In this document: positions 38,618 through 50,315 of the stretch, piece by piece
Position numbering within the stretch: position 1 is the first letter of the stretch
Layout: each line of letters starts with the position of its first letter
Assembly: GCA_951406725.2 (NCBI GenBank)
Contig: OX597829.1
Span: 51,026,001 to 51,090,000, forward strand
DNA from: Octopus vulgaris
Lineage: Eukaryota
DNA: 64,000 nucleotides
Reading direction: 5' to 3'
Position numbers and translations under genes: made by a program
The notes under the pieces: model-generated
What the model saw: only the letters and a program-made list of their open reading frames with translations
Told to the model about the DNA's origin: nothing
Databases searched by the model: none

Positions 38618-39858
38618 ATAGGAGAAGGGAAGACAGAGGGGAAAAAATCGCCAACGGTACACACGCGGTCACATTTTGAATGACCGGAAGGAAGTTCAAA
38701 TATACAGAAAGCAAAACACGAAGAAAGGTTAGGGAGCAATGCGCAGGTGTATTAATCTGACGCTCGGGAAGAATGGAAAAAGTTTTGACGTTTGCTGGCA
38801 CTACAACGAAAGTCTTTCTGATTAAGCGCAAATTCTCCAGCTACTTTGCCACTCTTGTCCAATCAGCTCTTGGTGTTGTCCATCCCTTGCGTCCCTTGCC
38901 AGTGCCTTGATCTACTGCCCGCTACACTTCTTTCCTTGATGTTTTCCAGATCTCCGTTTCTTCGGGGACACGCTATATTTACACATACACACACATAGAG
39001 GTTTGGGCGTGGATGTGTGGTAAGAAACTTGCTTCCCAACCACATGGTTCCAGGTTCAGTCTTACTGCTTGGCACCATGGGCATGTGTCTTCTACTATAA
39101 CCTCATGAGTGGATTTGGTAGACGGAAACTGGAAGAAGGCCGTCGCACAAATATAGAAATAGTTTGTGCGACGAAAGCAGGGTTGAGAAAGCTCTGGTCT
39201 ACGTCCACATAATAATGTCTATCTTTCTCCTTCGTTTTTTTTTTTAAGACTTATAGACGTGTAAGATTTGATGGAGATTTTAGCTGCAATGTTCGTAATC
39301 ATTTCGAGTGACTTCCCCAGAAGTTTCCTCGTATAGCAACAGCGTATGTTGTATGCAATAATGTACGACTGGATCCGTGAAAACGTTAAATCACGTTACG
39401 CGGGAAGTTAGTATAGCAACGACTACCAAATTAAATCGTACGAATGGATTTTTTTCCTTTTGGTTTGTTTTTTTTCTATTTATGTAGTTTACCATTGTTC
39501 AATGTCGTAGCCACATCAAGTGATGATCTTTAGAGGGAGAGAGAGAGAGAGTTTACGAATCTGCTGGCATCCTGGAAAAGCTGCGTGACACCGATGTTCT
39601 TCGTCACGCGCGTAGATACATGCGCATGCGTACATAACGCATTCTTCCAGTTACAAAGACTGCTTTACATTTACGTTGAGTCGTATAATTTATTACTTCT
39701 ATTAAATCAACATATGTGTGTGTGTGTGTAGTTCAAGAACACAACGCACTACCCGATCCAGGAATCGATACCCCGATCTCGCAGTCGCGAGTGCAAGATC
39801 ATGCTTATGTTTACACCAATATACGTATGCAAAAGAGAAAACGGTAATATTTACGCTG

Positions 39859-39896
<38 letters not shown>

Positions 39897-39992
39897 CGGG
39901 AAGCTTTATGAAAATAAACAAAAGACGAAGGCAGGTGGAATACAAACTAACAATTGTATTGGTATGGCGCTCAGGAATATAAATAAAACAAG

Positions 39993-40030
39993 TCTTTTAC
40001 GTTTCGAGCCTACGCTCTTCAACAGAAAGA
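39993..40030 (-). ncRNA. Minimal type I hammerhead, family 1b, in element ~39895-40108
   Basis: Minus strand: tcttt CTGTTGA a gagc-gtag-gctc GAAAC GTA aaaga; 5-bp helix I, 4-bp helix II, ACGT palindrome. Confidence 0.7.
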
Positions 40031-41343
40031 TACACAGAAAAGAAACACAGAAAGAAACAAGGAGAGAAAAAAAATGCGTGCAGAGGCTAGCGAATCAACA
40101 TGGCGATCTGTATGTGTGTGTGTGTGTGTTATAGGCCATTATATAACACATATTTGCCCAGCCTGCCGCGTAGTGGGACTGAACCCGGAACCGTGTGGTT
40201 AGGAAGCAAACACACGCCCTGCACCTATGAATGCCAGGAATATTCTTCTGTTCTCTCTTTCTCTCTCAAAATTTCAAGTGTTTGGCTGAAATATAAGAAA
40301 ACAGAAATTAAAGAAGCAAATGGTCGGGGTTTTTTTGTTGTGTTGCTGCAAAATATTATTGACCATGACTTAAAAGATCACCTCTCAAAATAATTTGTCT
40401 TCAAAGAAAAAAAAAAAGATTTTTTGAAATATTACGTCTCTTGAACCACAATGGTTCAAATACCCAGACTATAGTGTAGCTGAATATTCATAATATTATT
40501 TTGTCCTAAAACTTATTTTTTAATATATTAAAGCCTATTAACAATGAAAATATATTACCCTTCAAATAATAAAAGACGGTTTTCTTTACCGAAGTACTCC
40601 TATTTTGTTTAGATTCAAAGCGATGACACGACTCAGTAAAAAGTGTAGGAATCTAAAGGATAAGTGACTCTAGGCTTTAGCCTTCGAAACTTCCGGTTTA
40701 CCAAAAAAGATAAAAAGCACCTGTAAAGGTACGCCGGTTTATTAAACAATTACGTCTGCAGCTGTACGGCCAACTGTGCCTAAAAGAAGAAAGCTATGTA
40801 ACCTCAGGTTTTCGCAAGAAAATAGGAATTAAAGCGATAGTATGCAGGATAATAGTTATCTATCTGAACAGGATTGCTGCTCCCGTACCTTTTATGATAT
40901 CCCAAGCTTTAGAACTCTTCGCTAGGTCACTCATTTTAAAATCTGATGAAGTTGCCCGAATGTTATAACCTGCCTGTCGAAGTATAGTATGTTTCAACGT
41001 AACGGTAAATAAATACTTTCTTAAAACTTCATGCATTGTTCATCTTTCACATCCTACAGTATGTCCAATTATAACAACACATTTTTATCGTTACAACTGC
41101 TGACTCCGACACTTCATATTATTGAGTACCTAATCAAATCTTACCCATTACAATTGGTAAACTATACTAATTAAAACCATAACCGTTACATCTGCTTTCG
41201 TGTTTTCAGCATCCTTACACACACACAACGCCCGAGGAGTACATCCAAAAGATGCCTCTCCGCTATTCAACTTTGGTAACTGTAGGTTTGACCAGGAGGA
41301 CGACGAAACAACACCTTCGTTCTGGGTCATTTAAGCCTATATT

Positions 41344-41435
41344 GGTGGAGGTAAAGAATACGTACACCACCCGTTTTCGGCGTGACAAAAACCCTAATTC
41401 CTAACCACCGGGTGTGCGTATTCTTTACTTTCGCC
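41344..41435. repeat. Miniature inverted-repeat element
   Basis: ggtggaggtaaagaatacgtacacc / ggtgtgcgtattctttactttcgcc around aaccctaattcctaacc. Confidence 0.7.
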
Positions 41436-41556
41436 CCTGTATTATAACTAATGAAATATTTTGCGTAATATAAGAGAAACGAGTTAAAAATTGTTTGGTT
41501 TGTCATAGCGCCATTTTACAAAAATGTTATGTGCTCGCCCCCACTAACTTAACTTT

Positions 41557-41700
41557 GTGGAAGCGCGTGGCTTAGTGGTTAAGATGCTGGACACCTGATC
41601 GTAAGATTGTGGTTTCGGTTCCTAGACCAGACAATTACATTTTTTAAAAGCAAAACACTTCATTTCACATTGCCTCAGTCCACTCAGCTGGCAAAAACGG
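41557..41700 (+). mobile_element. Old tRNA-SINE head (C/D-related)
   Basis: gtggaagcgcgtggcttagtggttaag box A; cacttcatttcacattgcctcagtccactcagctg core. Confidence 0.65.
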
Positions 41701-41721
41701 CGTCCCATCCAGGCGGGGAAT

Positions 41722-41774
<53 letters not shown>

Positions 41775-42083
41775 CAGAGTAAGCACATAAGTGCGAAATA
41801 AGGTGGAAAAAATAGTACTCGAATACCAGAGGTAGAGTAATATGCTTTATTAAAAAGCGGCTAAAATACCACATTCCCGTTTGTCGAGCAAGCTATTTTT
41901 GACTTAAGATTTTCTTCGATTTTTATAGTAATATGATTTTAAACCGCAATTTGTTATTTCATGCAAACGGTTATTGAAAAGCCTGTTAGTTGAAAGGACC
42001 AATGAAACAAAACCAGTTTCATATGTGCATCTATCAAAATAATTGTATTTCTGCATATAACCTTATCTTGCTCCATTCTAAAC

Positions 42084-42129
42084 AAAACTGTCTGACAAAC
42101 GAGAACGTGAAACTCTGAGTAACAGTTTT
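42084..42129 (+). ncRNA. Type I hammerhead motif, family 2, in element 41773-42155
   Basis: aaaactgt CTGACAA ACG-agaa-CGT GAAAC tctga GTA acagtttt; 8-bp helix I; palindromic ACTC.T.GAGT; core G8 changed to A. Confidence 0.7.
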
Positions 42130-42280
42130 TGTGATATTTTTGCTGCTTTTTAATAGTGTGTGTGTGTGTGTAATATTTATATAACGGGAAGCTTTATGAA
42201 AATAAACAAAAGACAAAGGCAGGTGGAATACAAACGAACAATTGTATTAGTATAGCGCTCAGGAATATAAATAAAACAGG

Positions 42281-42318
42281 TCTTTTACGTTTCGAGCCTA
42301 CGCTCTTCAACAGGAAGA
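42281..42318 (-). ncRNA. Minimal type I hammerhead, family 1b, in element ~42182-42375
   Basis: Second copy of the 39895-40108 element. Confidence 0.65.
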
Positions 42319-42371
42319 TACACAGAAAAGAAACACGGAGAGAAAAAAATGCGTGCAGAAGCTAGCGAATC

Positions 42372-42425
<54 letters not shown>

Positions 42426-42819
42426 GCCGTGGAAACCAGGAAACCGGCCCTTATGAGTCTATGTGACTAACTTTAGAACCTGGCTATGCTTCTCTGGTTT
42501 GGAAGTTGGAATTTGTCGTTTGCGAAATTGTTTCACACCGGATGCTCTTTTCAGCACTAACTTGTTTTGCTTGTTGACAGGAGAAACTGACAAACGATGG
42601 TGTCTTCTCGCTGTTCTTTCGTACAAGCAATCGCAGTTTGCAGAGACGAGCAAGCAAACACACAAGCACGCACGACAGTTATCTTCAGTTTCCGTCTACC
42701 AAATCTTTGGTTTTGCGCCAAAGCAATCGCAGGTGACACTTGTCGAAAGCATCAGTTGTCAAGCAATAGTCGAGGGGTGGGGACTAACATATACATACAT
42801 GTAAATATATATATATATA

Positions 42820-42985
42820 TCATCATCCTCTTCATCCTTTAACGTCCACTTTCCATGCTGGCATGGGTTGGACGGTTTGACTGGCAAAGTCGGGAGGCTG
42901 CACCAGGCTCCAATCTGATCTGGCAAGGTTTCTACAGCTGGATGCTTTTCCTAACGCCAACCACCCTGAGTGTGTAGTGGGACAA
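42820..42985 (-). mobile_element. RTE 3' tail fragment
   Basis: ttccatgctggcatgggttggacgg...ctacagctggatgc; similar pieces at 46540-46700(+), 47536-47867(-), 58635-58802(-) and 62270-62524(+). Confidence 0.8.
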
Positions 42986-43460
42986 ACCAAGACCCACAGC
43001 CATACTGACAACTTCAAATTCTTTCCTACTGGGTTGCAGATGCTTTGCTGGTGAGGTTAGACAAGATCGAAACATGTCATTACTTTTAACATTTAGCTTC
43101 GAAGAAAAACTATTCAACAGATGAATTGTTTTTATTTTTGAAATTTTCATATTTGAATATATTATTGAAGATATCTCCCTTCAGGGAGTTTATGACTGCT
43201 AATTACTTGAACAATCTGTTAAATGCAGTTTTACAATACACTGTAATATATAACTCTGCTGTATTTTGTAATTCTTAATACAGAGCACTTCTCTGAAATA
43301 TTTTTCTCTTCAGCCATACAGTATGACTGAGTGTGTGTGTGTATTACGTGCATTTAGAGTAAAGTGTCAGAAACTATACGCATGCACGTTCGACCTCGTG
43401 TGTACCATTGGCGATTTTTTTCCCTCTGTCTTCCCTTCTCTGGATCTTTCCTTCTCCTAT

Positions 43461-43495
43461 GTTTCCGACGAAGAGCTCCGCTCGAAACGTTAAAC
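43461..43495 (+). ncRNA. Minimal type I hammerhead, family 1a, in element ~43390-43591
   Basis: gttt CCGACGA a gagc-tcc-gctc GAAAC GTT aaac; the element 3' end joins (TA)n. Confidence 0.7.
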
Positions 43496-43585
43496 CCTCC
43501 TTCTTTCCTGAGCGTCCAATAATACTTTATTTGTTCCACGTACTCGCGTTGTTGTGTTCTTTTTTTTGTGCTTTCTTGTTTGGAT

Positions 43586-43620
<35 letters not shown>

Positions 43621-44156
43621 ATGCATACACACACACACAAACACATGTTAAGTATGCGTGCGTGCGTGTGTATTTGTATGTGTATGTATATAAATGTTAT
43701 TCACGAATGTGTCTGTCTCCTTGTAATTTATGCATTTGTCTTTTCTATAATTTATTTACGTATGTGTATGACTATGCTGGTTCCTAGGTTGCTTCAAAAG
43801 TAAATAGTCACACCTCGTTGCTATGCTTACTGACAAATGAGTAGTTATTGTGAAATCTGGTTGTCATAATCATCATCATCATTGCCGCTGTTTAATTGTT
43901 GCGTTGTCAGACAAAGGAAGATGTATGTGCAACTAGAAATTGTCTTCTGAGATAAAAAAAAAAAAAAACCAATAGAGCTATAGTACTTCTGCTTATTTTT
44001 CTGTGATTGTTATCGTTTATGATGTAACGATACATATCTGTCTAGCTCTCTATCTATCTATATCTATCTCTCCCCGCTCATTCTATCTATGTATATTTCA
44101 CAGGTATAGAAATAGATAGATAGATTGATATGTGTGTGTACACGTACATGATTACA

Positions 44157-44373
44157 CACGAAGGGGTGCTGGAAAGTTGCTCCTTTTAGGTGAAAGAAGA
44201 TACAGGAGGGTCAGTTAATTATGATTTTATTTGAAATAGTCTCCTCTTAGATTCACACACTTACTGCAGCCGTCTTTCTTTTTTTTTTCTAAGCTCTGTA
44301 AAAAGAACTTGGAAAGTTGAGCCTCCAGCCAGACCTTTCACAACACCCACGAACTTTTCAGCATCTTCTCATA
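44157..44373 (-). mobile_element. mariner-derived MITE, same family as 35247
   Basis: TIRs cgaaggggtgctggaaagtt / aacttttcagcatcttctca. Confidence 0.75.
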
Positions 44374-44427
44374 CATATATATATTGATAGACTCTGTGTC
44401 TGTGTGTGTCTACATATAGATGTATAT

Positions 44428-44798
44428 GTGGAGGGGCAATGGCTTAGTGGTTCGGGCAGCAGACTCGTGATCCTAGGACCGCGGTTTCGATTCCCAGATC
44501 GGGCGTTGTGAGTGTTTATTGAGCGAAAATACCTAAAGTTCCACGAGGTTCCGGCAAGGGGTGGTGGCGAACCTTGCTGTACACTTTCACCACAACTTTC
44601 TCTTACTCTTTCTTCTTGTTTCTGTTGTACCTGTATTTTCAAAGGGCCAGCCTTGTCACGCTGAATCACTCCGAGGACTACGTTAAGGGTACACGTGTCT
44701 GTGGAGTGCTCAGCCACTTGCACATTAATTTCATGAGCAGGTTGTTCTGTTGATCAAATCAGCTGGAACCTTCGCCGTGGTAACCGACGGAGTGCCAC
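44428..44798 (+). mobile_element. SINE C head with tail type ii
   Basis: gtggaggggcaatggcttagtggtt...ggtttcgattccc head. Confidence 0.85.
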
Positions 44799-45367
44799 GA
44801 TAGATGTATATACATGTGTGTGCGATGTTTTAAGTAGTTGGAATTTATTGGCTTACTACATTAATTATATTAGCGCCAACTTTACCATTAAAATTCTATT
44901 TCCAGATTTTCGTAATTTCAATTTTTTATCGATTACTTCAAGTGTCTCTTTTTGTGTTTTGGTCAAAGAACAGTCATCTGCACAAGCCATCAGGAATTGT
45001 TTGCAAGATTTTGTAGAGCACTTCTGCTATAAATCCAATTCTAATCTAGGATATTGTAAACGAACATTAAATTGATATTGTTCTACATATGCACGACAAT
45101 ACCAATTAACATTGTCCTACATGTGCATCTGGTAGTGGGCCACATGTTTGGGGAGTTCCAGTGTTTTGAGGAATGTAAAACCACCTCTTAGCCATTGTTG
45201 TTTCTAAGTCTACTCTGACCCAGAGAAGTAGTACCTACCAGGGTCCCAGCCATGGGCTTAAGTAGCATGTAACCACTTGAGCCAGGGTATATTGAATTCA
45301 TAGGGTGCAGTGTAGTATATTTGGATGTGAATTAATTTTACTTTTCTGGCAAAGGAATTTTATTGTG

Positions 45368-45987
45368 TCAGTGGTGAACGTCACCAGATGCTGATCAGAT
45401 GAACTGACAACAAACAATCAACAATCAGAGTCAACCAGTCCGGTTAACAAATTACTGTTATCAACTGTAATCATAGCATGCAGAGGTAAGATATTTCTGT
45501 TAGGAAAAAACAAATGTAACTAAAACCAAGCCAGATGTTTGAGTCAATGGTGAATGTCACTAAATGCTGAGCAGATGAATGGATGAGAAACTGTCAATGA
45601 TCAGGATCAACCAGTTCAGTTAGTGGTGAGCTAATGCGACCATCTGTAGCTGTGGGTCATGCACAGATGAAATATTTCAGTTAGAAAAAGACCAATGTAG
45701 CTAAAACCTAAGTCAGATGTTCAAATCAATGGTGAATATCACTAAATGCTGAGCAGATGAACAGACAGTCAACAGCCAGAGTCAACCAGTCCAGTTAGCA
45801 AACTACTGTTATCAACTGTAATCATAGCATGCAGAGGTGAGATATTTCGGTTAGTGAATGACCAGTGTGACTAAAACCCAATTCAGATGTTCAAGTCAAT
45901 GGTGAATATCACTAGATGCTGAGCAGATGAACAGACAACAAACTGCCAATGGCCAGGATCAACCAGTTCGGTTAGTGAGCTAAAGCC
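45368..45987. repeat. Tandem repeat of ~170-182-bp units in A-B-A-B order
   Basis: Units start at 45368, 45544, 45726 and 45896 with tcaRtggtgaaYRtcacYaRatgctga. Confidence 0.9.
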
Positions 45988-46205
45988 TGAGTGTGTATTC
46001 TTTTACTCTTCTACACATTTTAGTCATTTGACTGCAGCCATGCTGAAGCACCACCTTAAATGATTTTAGTCAAAGAAATTGACACCAGGACTTATTCTTT
46101 GGTAAGCCTAGTACTTATTCTATCGGCCTCTTATCCTGAACCATTAAGTTACAGGGATGTGAACATGCCAACATCAGTTGTCAAGAAGGCTGCACCAGGC
46201 TCCCA

Positions 46206-46251
<46 letters not shown>

Positions 46252-47369
46252 CCGTCCAACCCATGCTAGCATGGAAAGCGGACGCTAAATAATGATGATG
46301 ATGATGATATATATATGTGTCCCCCACCCAACACCTATCACTTCATGCCAATGTTGGTGTGTTTATGTCCCCGTAACTTAGTGGTTTGGCAAAAGAGACC
46401 GATAGAATAGGTACTAGACTTACAAATAATTAGTAGTCCTGCAGTGCTCCAGCATGGCCGCAGTCAAATGACTGAAAGAAGTAAAAGAATCAAAGAATAA
46501 CTCTGCAGTTATTTATTTTCCTCTTTTACATGTTTTGTGTAGTGCCACTTAAAAGGTACCCAGTACACTTTGTGAAGTGGTTAGCATTAGGAAAGACATC
46601 CAGCTGTAGAAACCATTGGAGCCAGGTACAGCTCACCAGCCTGCCAGCTCCTGTTAAACCATTCAACCCATGCCAGCATGTAAAATAGACTGATGATGAT
46701 GATGGTTTTACATATTTCAATCATTGGACTGCAGCCATGCTGGAGCATTGTCTTTCCATCAACCAAATTCACTGACAAGACCATGGGCTGTAATAGAAAA
46801 AAAAACTTCCCCAAGGTGTCATTCATTAGGATTGAACCTAGAACCATATGGTTGCCAAGCAATCTTCTTAACCACATTATCGTCTGTTCTTTTATTCTTC
46901 TCTCTACACAATTTGATTTTTGATTTTTCCTTCTTTTATTTTTATTGTTATTTTTATATTTCTTTTCATGTGGTAGGAGAGTAAATGTCTTTAAATTCCA
47001 ATAAAGTGAGGAAAGAATTTGGTAGGGAGAATGGGGGTTTTTTCCCCCCACAAAGATACTCCTATTTGGAAGGACATACCCTAATTTTGACATGAAGAAA
47101 AAAAACCAAATTTACTAAGGGAGGGAGAAGCAGGGAACCCAACAAATACAGAACTCGGGTCTCACAAGATACCAGCATTTCCACATACTTTGCCAAAATG
47201 TTTTGTTTGATTTATACATACAGATCATGTTGATCTTTTATGCTTTACATTTATTTATTATTTTTTTTTGGTTCTACAGTATTTGAAACACTGTAAGCTT
47301 AAAACATAGACAATTCCCATCACACACACACCTCTGGAGTTAAAATTGGGTCATGAAAAAAGGAAATGC

Positions 47370-48065
47370 ATTCTTTTATTCGTTTCAGTCTGTGGCCATG
47401 CTGGGGCACCACCTTTAGTCGAACAAATCAACCCCAGGACTTATTCTTTGTGAGCCTAGTACTTATTCTATCAGTTTCTTTTGCTAATTTTCTGAGTTAT
47501 GAGGATGTAAACACACCAACGTTAGTTGTCAAGCAAACGTCCACTTTCCATGCTGGCATGGGTTGGATAGTTTGACGGAGGACTGGCAAAGCCGAGAGGC
47601 TGCACCAAGCTACAATCTGATCTGGCAAGGTTTCTACAGCTGGATGCTTTTCCTAACACCAACCACTCCAGGAGTGTAGTGAGTGCTTTTTACATGCCAC
47701 CGGCACGAGAGGCTGTCAGGCGGTACTGGCATTGACCACGCTGAAATGGTGCATTTTATATGCCACTGGCACAGGAACCAATCCGGAAGGACTGGCATCG
47801 ACCATGCTTGAATGGTGCGCTATGGTCTCACTTGGCTTGCCGGGTCTTCTCAAGTACAGCATATCTCTAATATATATATATATATTTATTCATATATATA
47901 TATATATACATATGGACTTATTTCAGTTTCTGTCTACGAAATCCACTCACAAGGCTTTGGTTGGTCTGAGGCTACAGTAGAAGACAGTTACCCAAGGGGC
48001 CATGCAGTGGGACTGAACCTGAAACCATGTGGTTGGTAAACAAGCTACTTACCATACAGCCATCC
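47370..48065 (-). mobile_element. SINE A interrupted by RTE 3'UTR pieces
   Basis: The SINE halves flank 47536-47867. Confidence 0.75.
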
Positions 48066-48789
48066 TACACATGGCAAATTTTGATTACTTAGCTTTGAGG
48101 AAGAGGAAAAGTAGCTTGCTTAACACCAAGAAATATGATAATCTATAAGCATAGATTATTCTCAAATCAAGCTTATCACCCATAATCATTTATCGTCATC
48201 GTAATCATTTTAATACTAATTTTTTCTTGTATGGGTCAGAGTTTTTATTTATTCTTTTTTGAGGTGGGTGGGGCAGATTTTCTACGGTTGGATGCTGTCG
48301 TCAAACCCACACCTGTTTCCAAGTGAGATAATATTATTCCTCATGGCTAGACACCACTTGTACGACGGTGACACCCGTTTACAACTATCTCAATACACGG
48401 ACACACGTATATAACCATTCATTACACACACTCTCACTCACTCATACACACACACACACTCACTCACTCACACACACACACACACACACACATTGATAGG
48501 GGCATTAGGTACAATGCTTATCTGTCAGCATGGGTACGCTGCGCAGTTGCTCGGATACCCCACGGATCTGAGGACCGATTGCTATTTTATGTATACTCTG
48601 GCTTGCTGTCAGTAAATAAATGTAGGGATCCCATTGCATTTCTTTGTCCGAAGTATGGTGGGGGGCGAGATGGAGAAGCGGGTATATTACGGTTAAAACT
48701 ACCCTGTCTGCGTGTTCATGTCACCTGCTCGAAATAGTAACCAAAACAACCTTTAATCACACCACACACTTAAACCATTTTTATTGCGG

Positions 48790-49178
48790 AAAGCTTGCTT
48801 ACCAACCACACGGCTCTGGGTTCAGCCCCACTGCGTGGCACCTTGGGCAAGTGTCTTCTGCTATAGCCTCGGACCGACCAAAGCCTTGTGAGTGGATTTG
48901 GTAGACGGAAACTGAAAGAAGCCCGTCGTATATATATATATATATATATATTTGTATGTGTGTGTATATGTTTGTGTGTCTGTGTTTGTCCCCCCCCCCC
49001 AACATCGCTTGACAACCGATGCTGGTGAGTTTACGTCCCCGTAACTTAGCGGAGACCGATAGAATAAGTACTAGGTTTACAAAGAGTAAGTCCTGGGGTC
49101 CATTTTGCTCGACTAAAGGCGGTGCTCCAGCATGGCCACAGTCAAATGACTTAAAACAAGTAAAAGAGTAAAAAGAGA
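48790..49178 (+). mobile_element. SINE A, 5'-clipped
   Basis: Family consensus. Confidence 0.85.
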
Positions 49179-49626
49179 ATAGAGCACATCCCACTCGAAA
49201 TTTCATTACCCTTAACTGCAGAAAGTGGCTTAAATGCCAATCTATCTTTTGTTAAGGAATGTCGAATGTCATGTCTGAAACTAGTCAAGTTTATTGAGGT
49301 AACGTCGCTTGCAGAAAATATTAATTCTATTTTTTTTTTTTTTTGGTAGTTATTCAACATCATAACTGGGTTAACCATGAAATTTAATTTCGTTGTAGTG
49401 AAACAAATAGGTAAAAAAAAAAAAAAAAAAAAGGTTACTTTATATAATGTAGTTTTTAATATTCTTAATGTCTTGAATAAAGACGATAGGGTGTCGGTCG
49501 GGACGAAGCGCATTCTGTCTTTTGTCTGTGCGACGAAGGTCGACATGGGATTAAACAAACTCTAAAAACACGCACGATTCATTTACCTTACTTTTTTTTT
49601 ATTCACAACTCATTTATGAATATTAA

Positions 49627-49659
<33 letters not shown>

Positions 49660-49855
49660 AGTGCATGCCAACAGTTTCTTTCGTAATTCCTTCAGACAGA
49701 TGCTTCTCGCAAGCAAGCTTACATGCAAATTGCACGATGCAACAACATATGCGAATGCCCGTTGCACGTACGGAAGCGCGCGCACACACACAGACACGCA
49801 TAGAGAGAGAGAGAGAGAGAGGCCAGCTCCGAACAATATAGTAATGCACCAAGCT

Positions 49856-49915
<60 letters not shown>

Positions 49916-49927
49916 CCAGAAATAGCC

Positions 49928-49990
49928 AGATAACCGAAGAGATGGTGTTGTGGATTCCCACTTCGGCATCCGAAACTCAGAGTTTTATCT
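49928..49990 (+). ncRNA. Type I hammerhead motif with extended stem II, in TA-flanked element 49914-50091
   Basis: agataa CCGAAGA gatg...gtgg-attc-ccac...catc c GAAAC tcaga GTT ttatct; perfect 6-bp helix I; ACTC.A.GAGT palindrome. Confidence 0.7.
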
Positions 49991-50091
49991 TGACTATCGA
50001 GTAATGTAACATATTATTGTATAGATAAATTTCCTCTATTTACATAATATTGAGGTCTCTTTCTTTCTTTTGTTATCTTACCGTTTTACCA

Positions 50092-50124
<33 letters not shown>

Positions 50125-50269
50125 CACATACACACGCTAAGAGAAAGAGAGAGAGAGAGAGAAGAACGTGACCCTGAACTTTGTATTTCTTTATCTAAAA
50201 TGATTACAAGAGCCGAAACCTAAATGGTAATGGTAAAATTGTCGCTCCGAGAGCGCATCCAATCATACC

Positions 50270-50315
<46 letters not shown>

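Noticed and set aside
40943-40970. Hammerhead candidates at 40943 (CTGATGA..GAAT), 16081 (CTGATGA..GATT) and 34134 (CTGAAGA..GAAT)
   Set aside because: No GAAA and no convincing helix I or III.
45368-45987. C/D-box snoRNA cluster in the tandem repeat (tggtga...ctga)
   Set aside because: Non-consensus C box, inconsistent box spacing and no terminal stems or recognisable guide.
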